Source: Pseudoalteromonas tetraodonis (GTDB lineage: Bacteria > Pseudomonadota > Gammaproteobacteria > Enterobacterales > Alteromonadaceae). Taken from it: a DNA stretch of 32,000 nt. Below are positions 1-9,203 of the stretch, in pieces. The stretch is from assembly GCF_002310835.1 (NCBI RefSeq), contig NZ_CP011041.1:870001-902000 (forward strand). Direction: 5' to 3'. The position numbers were made by a program, and so were the translations under genes. Positions within the stretch are counted from its first letter, which is position 1. Every line of letters starts with the position of its first letter. Under the pieces are notes generated by a model that was not told the DNA's origin, did no database searches, and worked only from the letters and a program-made list of their open reading frames with translations.

Positions 1-58
1 AAACACCTTATATTAGCGTGTTTTACAAACTAACAGGTGTTTTAGTCACACACTAGGT

Positions 59-1690
59 ATGAAGATGGATCAAAAGCGTTGTGCCGTCGCCTCTAAAGAA
101 AGCCTTAAACGGATATTCACCGTTCCAGAGGCGCCAGACTCAACTTTGAGCAAAATAGAGCTTGAAATTTCGAGTAATTTAGCAGGTTTCTTAAACGAAA
201 ATATCGCGGCAATTGAAAAACCATTACATGAAATAGAAAAAGATTTTCAATCGGCGGCAATCCCTGAAGAACCGACGTTTGTGTCTTGCTATGCTCAAGA
301 TATTATGGAGCAGCTGGTTGCTCATTCTGTTCATACCGCAGCGCCAAGCTTTATTGGCCATATGACATCGGCTCTGCCTCATTTTTTACTACCGTTATCG
401 AAATTAATGGTTGGGTTAAATCAAAACCTAGTAAAAATTGAAACCTCGAAAGCGTTTACCCCATTAGAACGTCAAGTTTTAGGGATGATGCATCATTTAG
501 CTTATAGCCAAAGTGATGGTTTTTATTCTAAATGGATGCACAGTGCAAAAACTTCGTTAGGGGCATTTTGCTCTGGCGGCACCGTGGCAAATATTACTGC
601 ACTTTGGATAGCTCGAAACCGCTTATTAAAAGCGGATGGCAATTTTAAAGGCATTGCTGCACAAGGTTTAGTTGCAGGAATGCTTCACTATGGTCACAAA
701 GGGCTGGCAGTTTTAATTTCTGAACGAGGTCATTATTCGCTTGGTAAATCGGTTGATTTATTAGGTATTGGTCGTGAAAATTTAATTGGTATCAAAACTT
801 CTGCCGATAACAAAGTCGATGTTAGTGCAATGCGAGAAAAAGCGTTAGAGCTTGAAGCACAAGGCATTAAAGTGATGGCAATTGTTGGGGTCGCAGGAAC
901 CACTGAAACCGGTAATATTGACCCACTTGAAGATATGGCTAATTTAGCACAAGAGATTAATTGTCATTTTCATGTTGATGCAGCGTGGGGTGGAGCTACT
1001 TTACTGTCTAATACCCATAGGCATTTATTAAAAGGTATTGAGCATGCAGATTCAATCACCATTGATGCGCATAAGCAAATGTATGTGCCGATGGGGGCCG
1101 GTTTAGTCTTATTTAAAGACCCTGCTGCAACTGATGCCATCGAGCATCATGCTGAATATATTTTACGTAAAGGCTCTAAAGATTTAGGCAGCCATACGCT
1201 TGAGGGAAGTCGCCCTGGGATGGCGATGTTAGTGCATGCTTGCTTACGTGTTATTGGTCGTAAAGGCTATGAAATGCTTATCGATCGCAGTATTAAAAAA
1301 GCGCGTTATTTTGCTGATTTAATAAAAGCCGATGAAGACTTTGAGTTAATATCAGAGCCAGAACTTTGCTTACTGACCTATCGCTATGTACCAAAACAAA
1401 TTAAACACGCGATAGCCCAAGCTGATGCACAAACCCGTTTAGACATTTTTGCCGCGCTTAATCGTTTTACTGCCAGCATGCAAAAACGCCAACGTGAATC
1501 GGGTCGCTCATTTGTATCGCGTACGCGTTTAACGCCAGTTCAATATGATAACCAACCAACCGTGGTATTTAGAGTGGTACTGGCGAACCCGCTTACCTCA
1601 GGTGTTATATTAAAAGAGATATTAGAAGAGCAGAAAGAACTGGCACAAACTGATCCGGTGTTTAAAAAGTATTTACGAAAATATATGTAA
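59..1690 (+). CDS. PLP-dependent group II amino-acid decarboxylase, PanP-like (putative aspartate 1-decarboxylase)
   Basis: 543-aa ORF. It carries decarboxylase signatures (SGGTVANITALWIAR) and a PLP-lysine context (SITIDAHKQMYVP). Its length and architecture resemble the ~540-aa 'pyridoxal-dependent aspartate 1-decarboxylase' proteins of Vibrio and Alteromonadales. A strong terminator follows. Confidence 0.8.
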   Translation: MKMDQKRCAVASKESLKRIFTVPEAPDSTLSKIELEISSNLAGFLNENIAAIEKPLHEIEKDFQSAAIPEEPTFVSCYAQDIMEQLVAHSVHTAAPSFIGHMTSALPHFLLPLSKLMVGLNQNLVKIETSKAFTPLERQVLGMMHHLAYSQSDGFYSKWMHSAKTSLGAFCSGGTVANITALWIARNRLLKADGNFKGIAAQGLVAGMLHYGHKGLAVLISERGHYSLGKSVDLLGIGRENLIGIKTSADNKVDVSAMREKALELEAQGIKVMAIVGVAGTTETGNIDPLEDMANLAQEINCHFHVDAAWGGATLLSNTHRHLLKGIEHADSITIDAHKQMYVPMGAGLVLFKDPAATDAIEHHAEYILRKGSKDLGSHTLEGSRPGMAMLVHACLRVIGRKGYEMLIDRSIKKARYFADLIKADEDFELISEPELCLLTYRYVPKQIKHAIAQADAQTRLDIFAALNRFTASMQKRQRESGRSFVSRTRLTPVQYDNQPTVVFRVVLANPLTSGVILKEILEEQKELAQTDPVFKKYLRKYM

Positions 1691-1712
1691 CTACAATTAC
1701 AAATGCAATGAC

Positions 1713-1741
1713 AAAAAAGACGCGATTAAGCGTCTTTTTTG
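1713..1741. terminator. bidirectional rho-independent terminator between the convergent decarboxylase gene and argE
   Basis: Perfect stem AAAAAAGACGC (1713-1723) / GCGTCTTTTTT (1730-1740) with 6-nt loop GATTAA. An A-run on one side and a T-run on the other let it work on both strands. Confidence 0.85.
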
Positions 1742-1748
1742 TTGCTGA

Positions 1749-2894
1749 TTAAAAGCAACTCGCCTTTATAAGGTTGCTGATAATTTGTTGAGAAGGTTTG
1801 ATTTTTTCCATTGCTAAAAACTCATCGGGCTGATGCGCTTGGTTAATAGAGCCTGGTCCCATTACGATGGTTTCACAACCGAGTTGCTGTATAAATGGCG
1901 CTTCGGTACAGTAGTTAACAGCCACTGCTTTTTGCCCTGCTATATTTTCGGCTAATTTGACTAACGCGCTATCTGTGCTTCCCGTAAATGCTGGAATTGG
2001 CTCATGCAAATCAATTACGCTCACAGAGTTAGGGTATTGCTGGTTTATATCGTAGGTTGCATCAAGTACCATTGCTTGAAGCTCTTGCACGCTTAAACCT
2101 GGAAGAGGGCGCATATCAATGTGCATTTCACAGCAGCCACAAATTCGGTTGGCATTGTCACCCCCATGAATATTGCCTAAGTTGAGTGTTGGATAAGGAA
2201 TTTCAAAGTGGTTTATTGAATATTTATTCTTAAGTTGTTCTTTTAAGATCAGTAATTTTGTAATCACTTTATGCATTACTTCGATGGCATTAAGGCCCCG
2301 TTCGGGATCAGAGCTATGTCCTGAGCGACCAACGACTCTGATTGCTGTAGTCATATGGCCTTTATGGGTAAATACTGGTGTCATATCAGTGGGTTCACCA
2401 ATAATACAGCGGCTTGGCTTTAAATTTGGGTGCTTACAAATTTGCTGTGCGCCAGCCATAGTGGTTTCTTCATCGGCGGTCGCTAATATTAAAATAGGTT
2501 GAGTTTGTTGCTTTTCATCAAGCTCACTAATAGCTTGCAGTACAAAAGCAAAAAAGCCTTTCATATCAATACTGCCTAAACCATATAATTTGTTATCAAG
2601 TTCAGTTAATTTAAATGGGTTTTGATTCCAGCGGCTATCATCAAATGGCACCGTATCGGTGTGCCCCGCAAGCATTAACCCGCCATCGCCTTGTCCGCGT
2701 TTTGCTAATAAGTTGTAGCGGCCTTTACCACCTTCTAACTCTATTATTTCACAGGTAAAACCTAAGCTTTCACACCACTGAGCGAGTAGTTCAATCACGC
2801 TTTTATTGCTCATACACAAATGCTCTTCAATAGCGCTAATAGAGGGGGCAGCAATCAATTGCTGATACATCGAGATAAATGACGGCAGAGACAT
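1749..2894 (-). CDS. argE: acetylornithine deacetylase
   Basis: The ORF track opens at a TTG (2906). The ATG at 2894 (MSLPSFISMYQQLIAAPSISA) matches the E. coli ArgE N-terminus (..LPPFIEIYRALIATPSISA). M20 motifs are present: LAGHTDTVPFD, GLGSIDMKGFFAF, ATADEETTMAGA, NYCTEAPFIQ, GPGSINQAHQPDE. It is divergent from argC, as in E. coli. Confidence 0.95.
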   Translation of the reverse strand: MSLPSFISMYQQLIAAPSISAIEEHLCMSNKSVIELLAQWCESLGFTCEIIELEGGKGRYNLLAKRGQGDGGLMLAGHTDTVPFDDSRWNQNPFKLTELDNKLYGLGSIDMKGFFAFVLQAISELDEKQQTQPILILATADEETTMAGAQQICKHPNLKPSRCIIGEPTDMTPVFTHKGHMTTAIRVVGRSGHSSDPERGLNAIEVMHKVITKLLILKEQLKNKYSINHFEIPYPTLNLGNIHGGDNANRICGCCEMHIDMRPLPGLSVQELQAMVLDATYDINQQYPNSVSVIDLHEPIPAFTGSTDSALVKLAENIAGQKAVAVNYCTEAPFIQQLGCETIVMGPGSINQAHQPDEFLAMEKIKPSQQIISNLIKASCF

Positions 2895-2902
2895 AAAAAA
2901 AT

Positions 2903-2968
2903 CCAAAATAAGTATTCAATTTAATTGCATAACAATATAAAAGTATTTATGATGAATATCAATTCACT
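2903..2968. promoter_or_regulatory. putative ArgR operator (ARG boxes) in the argE-argC divergent control region
   Basis: TGAATatcaATTCA at 2953-2966 matches the ARG-box core TGAAT-wwww-ATTCA in both half-sites. Weaker ARG-like 18-mers lie at 2903-2920 (AAAATaagtATTCA) and 2924-2941 (TGCATaacaATATA), spaced 3 bp apart. Confidence 0.55.
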
Positions 2969-3115
2969 TTTTAAGCATAAATATATTAAAGTTACACCAT
3001 GAAAATAATACGACGATAGTTATCACTCATTAATTTAATCAGTTTAGCTAGGTTGCAACCTAGTGTAAGTAAATAACATGGAATGTAGTCACTAATTTTA
3101 TATAAAGAGTAAATA

Positions 3116-4129
3116 ATGAACGTAGTAATTATAGGTGCCAGCGGTTATAGCGGCGCAGAATTGGCTAGCTTAGTTGCCAAACATCCAGCATTAACATTAT
3201 CAGCATGTTATGTATCAGCGCAAAGCTTAGATAAAAATAAACTGCTCAGTGAATTATACCCTGAGCACTTAGGGTTACTTGACTTACCTTTGCAACCACT
3301 TAATGAGAGTGCATTGAGTGATATAGCTCATTCAGCAGACTATGTGTGTTTATGCACTGACCATAAAGTAAGTGTTGATTTAGCCCCTCAGTTTTTAGCG
3401 ATGGGCAAAAAGGTATTTGACCTTTCGGGTGGTTACCGTCTTGAAAGTAATGAAGATTACGTCACCTATTATGGTTTTGAACACCAGCATCCAGAACTTC
3501 TTAATGAAGCTGCATATGGCCTTGCAGAGTGGAATAGTGAGGCCATTGCAAAGGCGCAGTTAGTTGCTGTAGCTGGCTGCTACCCAACTGCCGCATTAAA
3601 TGCATTAAAACCTCTTCAGCAAGCTGGGTTACTTAGTGATGAGCGGATTATTATTAATGCTGTATCGGGAGTAACTGGGGCTGGTCGTAAAGCCAGTATT
3701 GGCACGCATTTTTGCGAAGTATCGCTAGCTGCTTATGGTTTGTTTAACCATCGTCATGGGCCTGAGATACAGCAGTATCTTGGCCATAACGTGTTATTTA
3801 CTCCTCATTTAGGTAATTTCCCGCGCGGTATTTTAGAAACCATTTATGTACAGCTAAAACCGGGTGTGACCAGTGAGCAAGTAACTAAAGCGTATCAAGT
3901 ATTAGCAGATGAGCCGTTAATTCGATTGCTTGGCAGTAAAATTCCCTCCATTAAAGGGGTAGCAAAACAACCCTATGTTGATATTGCATGGCAGCAGCAA
4001 GACTCACAATTAATAGTGATGGCAGCGATTGACAATTTACTAAAAGGGGCGGCTGGTCAGGCTCTGCAATGTATTAATTTGTCAATGGGTTTGCCTCATA
4101 CTACAGGTTTAGTAGGAGCGTTTAAATGA
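3116..4129 (+). CDS. argC: N-acetyl-gamma-glutamyl-phosphate reductase
   Basis: 337 aa with an N-terminal GASGYSGAEL Rossmann motif and the catalytic Cys context VAGCYPTA. It has a 4-nt ATGA overlap with argB. Confidence 0.96.
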   Translation: MNVVIIGASGYSGAELASLVAKHPALTLSACYVSAQSLDKNKLLSELYPEHLGLLDLPLQPLNESALSDIAHSADYVCLCTDHKVSVDLAPQFLAMGKKVFDLSGGYRLESNEDYVTYYGFEHQHPELLNEAAYGLAEWNSEAIAKAQLVAVAGCYPTAALNALKPLQQAGLLSDERIIINAVSGVTGAGRKASIGTHFCEVSLAAYGLFNHRHGPEIQQYLGHNVLFTPHLGNFPRGILETIYVQLKPGVTSEQVTKAYQVLADEPLIRLLGSKIPSIKGVAKQPYVDIAWQQQDSQLIVMAAIDNLLKGAAGQALQCINLSMGLPHTTGLVGAFK

Positions 4130-4893
4130 GCAGTAAAACGTGGGTTATTAAACTCGGTGGCGCAGTACTCAATACTGAAAATGCCGCTAAAGCGCTTTTT
4201 GAGGTTCTTAATGAACAACATGATGCACAATTTGTCATTGTTCATGGCGGTGGCTCATTAGTTGACCATTGGCTAGCAGAAGCCGGTTTTGCCAGTGCTA
4301 AACACCAAGGTTTGCGTATCAGCCCTAAAGAACAGATGCCTTATATTGTAGGAGCATTAGCGGGAGCAGCAAACAAACAATTAATGGCGCAAGCAATGAC
4401 TGCTGGGCACAAACCCGTTGGCTTGAGTTTATATGAAGCTGGAATAACAGCATCACAAAAATTAAAAGCGCTAGGGCAAGTAGGTCAATGCCATAGTAAT
4501 GATGATTCTATTATTAATGAATTACTCAGTGGCGGGCGTTTACCTATAGTCAGCTCCATCGGTTTTGATGAGCAAGGGCTTTGGTACAACGTTAATGCTG
4601 ACGAAGCAGCAGCCGCGATTGCGAGTAATTTAAACGCCGAACTTATTTTTATGACAGATGTAGAAGCGGTGCTTGATGTGAATAAGCATCCACTACATCA
4701 ACTTGACACAAAACACATTGATACTTTAATTGCAGAGGGAGTAATTGTGGGCGGGATGGAGGTCAAAGTTAAGACCAGCCTTCACGCTGCCCAACATTTA
4801 CGACGCGGTGTGTACATTTCCAGCTGGCAAAAGCCAGAAAATTTAACGGCTTTGCTGCAAGGCGAGCACGTCGGAACTAAAGTGACACCATAG
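4126..4893 (+). CDS. argB: acetylglutamate kinase
   Basis: 255 aa with amino-acid-kinase motifs (IKLGGAV, VIVHGGGS, NVNADEAAAAIA). It sits between argC and argF. Confidence 0.95.
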   Translation: MSSKTWVIKLGGAVLNTENAAKALFEVLNEQHDAQFVIVHGGGSLVDHWLAEAGFASAKHQGLRISPKEQMPYIVGALAGAANKQLMAQAMTAGHKPVGLSLYEAGITASQKLKALGQVGQCHSNDDSIINELLSGGRLPIVSSIGFDEQGLWYNVNADEAAAAIASNLNAELIFMTDVEAVLDVNKHPLHQLDTKHIDTLIAEGVIVGGMEVKVKTSLHAAQHLRRGVYISSWQKPENLTALLQGEHVGTKVTP

Positions 4894-4900
4894 GTTGAAT

Positions 4901-5833
4901 ATGTTTAAAGATTTTATAACGGGTCTAGAATTAGACCAACAAGGCGCCCTTAATTTATTAAAATTAGCGCAAGATATTAAAGAAAGCCCTGCAAAGTACA
5001 GCCAAGTGTTAGCTGGTAAGTCAGTGGTTACTCTCTTCGAAAAGCAAAGTTTACGTACGCGTTTATCGTTTGATATTGGTATAAACCGTTTAGGCGGTCA
5101 TGCGGTTTATCTTGATCAACAAAACGGCGCGATGGGAGCTCGTGAATCAATAAAAGATTTTGCCTTGAATATTTCAACTTGGGCTGATGGTATCGTTGCC
5201 CGGGTTAATCAGCACAGTACGTTAACTACCTTAGGTGAGTATTCGTCTGTTCCGGTGGTTAATAGTTTGTGTGATTTATATCACCCATGCCAAGCCTTAG
5301 CTGATTTTTTAACGCTTCAAGAAGTGCACGGTGATGTTAGTCAGCTAAAGTTGGCTTATTTAGGTGAAGGTAATAACGTAACGCATTCACTGATGCTACT
5401 CGCAGCAACTTTAGGTACTGATTTTGTTGCTGTGACGCCAAAAGGCAGTTCGCCCGATTCGCAAATTCTTAAAAAAGCGGAGCAAATTGCCGCAATGAAT
5501 GGGGCGTCTGTGATGGTAAGTGACAGAGTTGAGGCTGCGGTAGGTGCTAACGCAGTTTACGCTGATACCTGGGTTTCTATGGGAGACACCACACCGCTTG
5601 AGCAAGTGAAAGAAAAATACATGCCTTATCAATTAAATCAGGCATTACTTAAAAAAACTGGGGCTACCACGGTATTACATTGCCAACCGGCACACCGTGA
5701 GTTTGAAATTACCTCTGAGGTAATGGATGGCCCCGCATCAAAAATTATTCAACAAGCAGAAAATCGTATGCATGCGCAAAATGCTCTGCTTGTTACATTA
5801 TTAAATCCAAATTTTGTTAAGGAACACCTATGA
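4901..5833 (+). CDS. argF: ornithine carbamoyltransferase (short ~310-aa type)
   Basis: Motifs present: carbamoyl-phosphate motif [13 protein letters not shown], ornithine motif DTWVSMG, and an HCQPAHRE (HCLP-type) motif. The ORF track starts at TTG 4895; the ATG at 4901 is the more likely start. Confidence 0.92.
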   Translation: MFKDFITGLELDQQGALNLLKLAQDIKESPAKYSQVLAGKSVVTLFEKQSLRTRLSFDIGINRLGGHAVYLDQQNGAMGARESIKDFALNISTWADGIVARVNQHSTLTTLGEYSSVPVVNSLCDLYHPCQALADFLTLQEVHGDVSQLKLAYLGEGNNVTHSLMLLAATLGTDFVAVTPKGSSPDSQILKKAEQIAAMNGASVMVSDRVEAAVGANAVYADTWVSMGDTTPLEQVKEKYMPYQLNQALLKKTGATTVLHCQPAHREFEITSEVMDGPASKIIQQAENRMHAQNALLVTLLNPNFVKEHL

Positions 5834-7032
5834 GTTCAATTAAAAAAGTCGTTTTAGCCTATTCAGGTGGTCTTGATACATCGGCTATTGTGCCATGGTT
5901 AAAAGAAAACTACGGCTGTGAAGTTATTGCCTTTGTTGCCGATGTTGGCCAGGGCGCAGAAGAACTTGAAGGCGTAGAAGCAAAAGCCATTGCATCGGGG
6001 GCATCTGAATGTTACGTAGTTGATTTGAAAGATGAAATGGTAAGTGATTACATTTACCCAACACTTAAAACAGGCTCTATATACGAAGGAACCTACTTGC
6101 TAGGTACTTCTATGGCACGTCCAATCATCGCCAAAGCCCAAGTTGAAATTGCCCGTAAAGTGGGTGCAGATGCACTTTCTCATGGCTGTACGGGTAAAGG
6201 TAACGACCAAGTACGTTTTGAGTCATGTTTTGCAGCACTGGCTCCTGATTTAAAAGTGATTGCGCCATGGCGTGAGTGGGATTTATCAAGTCGTGAATCA
6301 TTGCTTGATTACCTAGCCGAGCGTGATATTCCGTGTTCTGCATCAGCAACTAAAATTTACAGTCGTGATGCTAACGCATGGCATATCTCCCACGAAGGCG
6401 GCGAGCTTGAAGACCCTTGGTGTGAGCCAAGTGAGCAAGTATGGACATGGACTAATTCACCAGAGCAAGCGCCCGATAAAGCTGAGCATGTCACTTTATC
6501 AGTTGTAGAAGGTGAAGTGGTTGCTGTAAACGGCGAACAATTAAAGCCTTACGACTGTTTAGTTAAACTAAACGACATTGCAGCTCCGCATGGTATTGGT
6601 CGTGTTGATATTGTAGAAAACCGTTTAGTGGGCATGAAATCACGCGGTTGTTACGAAACACCAGGCGGTACAGTGATCATGGCTGCGCTTCAAGCAATTG
6701 ATGAGCTCGTTCTTGATAAGTCAAGCCGTAAATGGAAAGAGATACTCGGTGGTGAATTTTCGCATTTAGTCTACGACGGTCGTTGGTTTACGCCGCTTAA
6801 AGATTCTATTTTAGCCGGTGCAGAAGCGCTTTCTACGTTAGCGACAGGTGAAGTGGTACTTAAACTTTATAAAGGGCAAGTAACAGCGGTTCAGAAAAAA
6901 TCACCTAACAGTTTATACAGCGAAGATTTTGCTACTTTTGGTGAAGACGATGTTTATGACCAATCGCACGCAGAAGGCTTTATTCGTTTATTCTCACTAT
7001 CAAGCAGAATTTCAGCATTAGCTAAAAAGTAA
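5830..7032 (+). CDS. argG: argininosuccinate synthase
   Basis: 400 aa with the N-terminal ATP-pyrophosphatase motif AYSGGLDTS and the conserved [13 protein letters not shown]. It has an ATGA overlap with the argF stop. Confidence 0.97.
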   Translation: MSSIKKVVLAYSGGLDTSAIVPWLKENYGCEVIAFVADVGQGAEELEGVEAKAIASGASECYVVDLKDEMVSDYIYPTLKTGSIYEGTYLLGTSMARPIIAKAQVEIARKVGADALSHGCTGKGNDQVRFESCFAALAPDLKVIAPWREWDLSSRESLLDYLAERDIPCSASATKIYSRDANAWHISHEGGELEDPWCEPSEQVWTWTNSPEQAPDKAEHVTLSVVEGEVVAVNGEQLKPYDCLVKLNDIAAPHGIGRVDIVENRLVGMKSRGCYETPGGTVIMAALQAIDELVLDKSSRKWKEILGGEFSHLVYDGRWFTPLKDSILAGAEALSTLATGEVVLKLYKGQVTAVQKKSPNSLYSEDFATFGEDDVYDQSHAEGFIRLFSLSSRISALAKK

Positions 7033-7039
7033 TTTTTTA

Positions 7040-7061
7040 AGCCCCTTGGAATTAAGGGGCT
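7040..7061 (+). other. intercistronic stem-loop between argG and argH
   Basis: AGCCCCTT (7040-7047) pairs with AAGGGGCT (7054-7061), with loop GGAATT. No T-tract follows, so it is not a canonical terminator. Confidence 0.5.
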
Positions 7062-7084
7062 ATTATCGGGTTTGGAGAGATTTC

Positions 7085-8950
7085 ATGGCATTATGGGGCG
7101 GGCGTTTTTCTACGGGTCCAGATGAAGCGTTTAAACAATTTAACGATTCACTTCCCTTCGATTATCAATTAGCAGAGCAAGATATTATTGGCTCTGTTGC
7201 ATGGGCTGGCGCACTTGAACAAGTGAACGTGTTATCTAATGACGAACACCAAAAGCTGGTATCGGCATTATATGAATTACTTGAAGAGGTAAAAGCAGAT
7301 CCACAAGCTGTTGCCACCTCAGGTGCTGAGGATATTCACTCGCATGTTGAAGCCGCGCTAATTGAAAAAGTGGGTGATTTAGCTAAAAAATTACACACTG
7401 GACGCAGTCGTAACGACCAAGTTGCTACCGACTTTAGATTATGGTGTCGCGATACCGCCGATCACATTTTAAAAGCGATTGCACAATTAAAAGCTGAATT
7501 TGTTGCCCTTGCTGAGCGTGAGTTAGGCACAATATTGCCAGGCTACACCCACTTACAGCGTGCACAGCCCGTGTTATTTAGCCATTGGTGTATGGCTTAT
7601 GTAGAAATGTTAGAGCGTGATGAAAGCCGGTTGCAAGATGCCCAAGCACGAATGAACTATTGCCCATTAGGCAGTGGCGCTCTTGCGGGAACTGCCTATC
7701 CTATTGACCGTCATGCACTTGCGCAAGGGTTAGGGTTTATAGGCGCGACCAAAAATAGTCTTGATGGTGTATCTGATCGTGATTTTGTGGTTGAGCTATT
7801 AAGCTGTGCGTCTATCTCTATGATCCACTTATCGCGCATGTCTGAAGACTTGATTTTTTATAACTCAGGAGAAGCTGGGTTTATCGAACTGGCTGATAAT
7901 GTTACATCGGGCTCATCTTTGATGCCGCAGAAAAAGAACCCTGATGCACTAGAGCTTATTCGTGGCAAAACAGGACGGGTGTTTGGTGCGTTTAGTGCAA
8001 TGATGATGACTCTAAAAGCACTGCCGCTTGCCTACAATAAAGACATGCAAGAAGACAAAGAAGGCATTTTTGACGCTATGCCAACGTGGCTTGCGTGTAT
8101 TCATATGGCGCAAGCGTGTATTAAGGGTGTAACAGTTAAAGCAGACAAAACTTTAGCAGCGGCAAAAGGTGGCCACGCGAATGCAACCGAGCTTGCTGAT
8201 TATTTGGTAGCCAAAGGTGTGCCGTTCAGAGAAGGGCATCATATTGTTGGGGTATTGGTGCAATTAGCCATTAGTGAAGGTAAAACGTTAGAGGAGCTTT
8301 CACTTGAGCAGTATAAATCAGTAAACCCAGTGTTTGAAGATGACGTGTATCCGGTACTTGAAATTGATGCTTGTATTAAAGCACGTCAAGCACTTGGCGG
8401 AACCTCATTAGAACAAGTAAGTAAAGCGGTTAAAGACGCGAAAAAAAAACAGCAAATAACAGTTCGTGATGCAAACCTAGATGACGTGGAAGTAATCGCT
8501 AAACTCGTGCAACATTGGGCAACAGTCGGCGAAAACTTACCGCGCGCTAAAAGTGACATGGTGCACTCAATTAATGAATTTGCCGTGACAGAGATTAATG
8601 GGCAGGTATCAGGTTGTGCTTCATTATACATTTACGACACCGGATTAGCTGAAATACGCTCTTTAGGTATTGACCCTAAAAGCGGGGTAACAGGGCAAGG
8701 GCGAGAGCTGGTAGAACATTTATTAGTAAAAGCCAAAAAATTGGCACTCAATCGTGTCATCGTTCTGACTCGTGTACCTGACTTTTTCGAAAATCAGCGG
8801 TTTAGTTTCTGTAATAAAGAGAGCCTACCTGAAAAAGTCATGAAAGATTGTGAGTTATGTTTACGTAAAGAAAACTGTGATGAAGTCGCAATGGAATATA
8901 TGTTAAAGCCAAGTAATAGCATGGAGATCCCTTGTAAAAACGTGGCTTGA
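7085..8950 (+). CDS. argH: bifunctional argininosuccinate lyase / GNAT-type N-acetylglutamate synthase fusion, argH(A)
   Basis: The ORF opens at 7046, but ATG 7085 (MALWGGRFS) with a GGAGAG SD at 7074-7079 fits lyase N-termini. The fumarate-lyase signature [12 protein letters not shown] is present. The ~165 residues after the KKK linker form a GNAT domain ([25 protein letters not shown], an acetyl-CoA motif A-like segment). Confidence 0.92.
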   Translation: MALWGGRFSTGPDEAFKQFNDSLPFDYQLAEQDIIGSVAWAGALEQVNVLSNDEHQKLVSALYELLEEVKADPQAVATSGAEDIHSHVEAALIEKVGDLAKKLHTGRSRNDQVATDFRLWCRDTADHILKAIAQLKAEFVALAERELGTILPGYTHLQRAQPVLFSHWCMAYVEMLERDESRLQDAQARMNYCPLGSGALAGTAYPIDRHALAQGLGFIGATKNSLDGVSDRDFVVELLSCASISMIHLSRMSEDLIFYNSGEAGFIELADNVTSGSSLMPQKKNPDALELIRGKTGRVFGAFSAMMMTLKALPLAYNKDMQEDKEGIFDAMPTWLACIHMAQACIKGVTVKADKTLAAAKGGHANATELADYLVAKGVPFREGHHIVGVLVQLAISEGKTLEELSLEQYKSVNPVFEDDVYPVLEIDACIKARQALGGTSLEQVSKAVKDAKKKQQITVRDANLDDVEVIAKLVQHWATVGENLPRAKSDMVHSINEFAVTEINGQVSGCASLYIYDTGLAEIRSLGIDPKSGVTGQGRELVEHLLVKAKKLALNRVIVLTRVPDFFENQRFSFCNKESLPEKVMKDCELCLRKENCDEVAMEYMLKPSNSMEIPCKNVA

Positions 8951-8964
8951 GCAATCCCTAGGAT

Positions 8965-8999
8965 AAAAAACGCACGGTGACCCCGATGCGTTTTTTTTT
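8965..8999 (+). terminator. rho-independent terminator of the arg operon
   Basis: CGCACGG (8971-8977) pairs with CCG-A-TGCG (8983-8990, one bulged A). An A6 run precedes it and a T9 run (8991-8999) follows. Confidence 0.8.
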
Positions 9000-9047
9000 G
9001 AGTAAAATAAAGTGATGTTTTAAATTAATATGCTATGAATTTAAAGT

Positions 9048-9063
9048 TGGCATATCGGTTGCA
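9048..9063 (+). promoter_or_regulatory. candidate sigma-54 (RpoN) -24/-12 promoter
   Basis: TGGCATatcggTTGCA matches the consensus TGGCAC-N5-TTGCW. GG and GC have the canonical spacing and orientation. It lies ~140 nt upstream of the 9204 ORF, in an intergenic region directly after the arg terminator. Confidence 0.6.
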
Positions 9064-9203
9064 TTTATAGTTCTGTAGTGTGTTGTTGAGTCAATTAATC
9101 AACGAAGGCAATACGTTACAGAAGTTATTTAGTAACTGCTCCAGATGGTGTGATTTAAATTTGCGCCAATAATAAAAATTTAATACTCATAAGGATTAAT
9201 CAC

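Noticed and set aside
1-42. An 8-bp inverted repeat, AAACACCT (1-8) / AGGTGTTT (35-42), upstream of the decarboxylase gene.
   Set aside because: It touches the window edge, so its context (the upstream gene's terminator versus an operator) cannot be judged. The stem is short with a 26-nt loop.
1697-1711. An exact 15-nt repeat, TTACAAATGCAATGA, present at 1697-1711 and again at 11590-11604.
   Set aside because: A single 15-mer coincidence is roughly what chance predicts for two AT-rich intergenic regions within 32 kb. The flanks do not extend the match.
7046-7084. N-terminal extensions suggested by the ORF track for argH (7046), argE (2906), coaD (11545), msrA (19008), btuB (16495), argF (4895), the TetR gene (11655) and the lipoprotein (24584).
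   Set aside because: In each case an internal ATG aligns with the conserved N-terminus of the family and/or has a better SD. For btuB the extension would run through the riboswitch platform.
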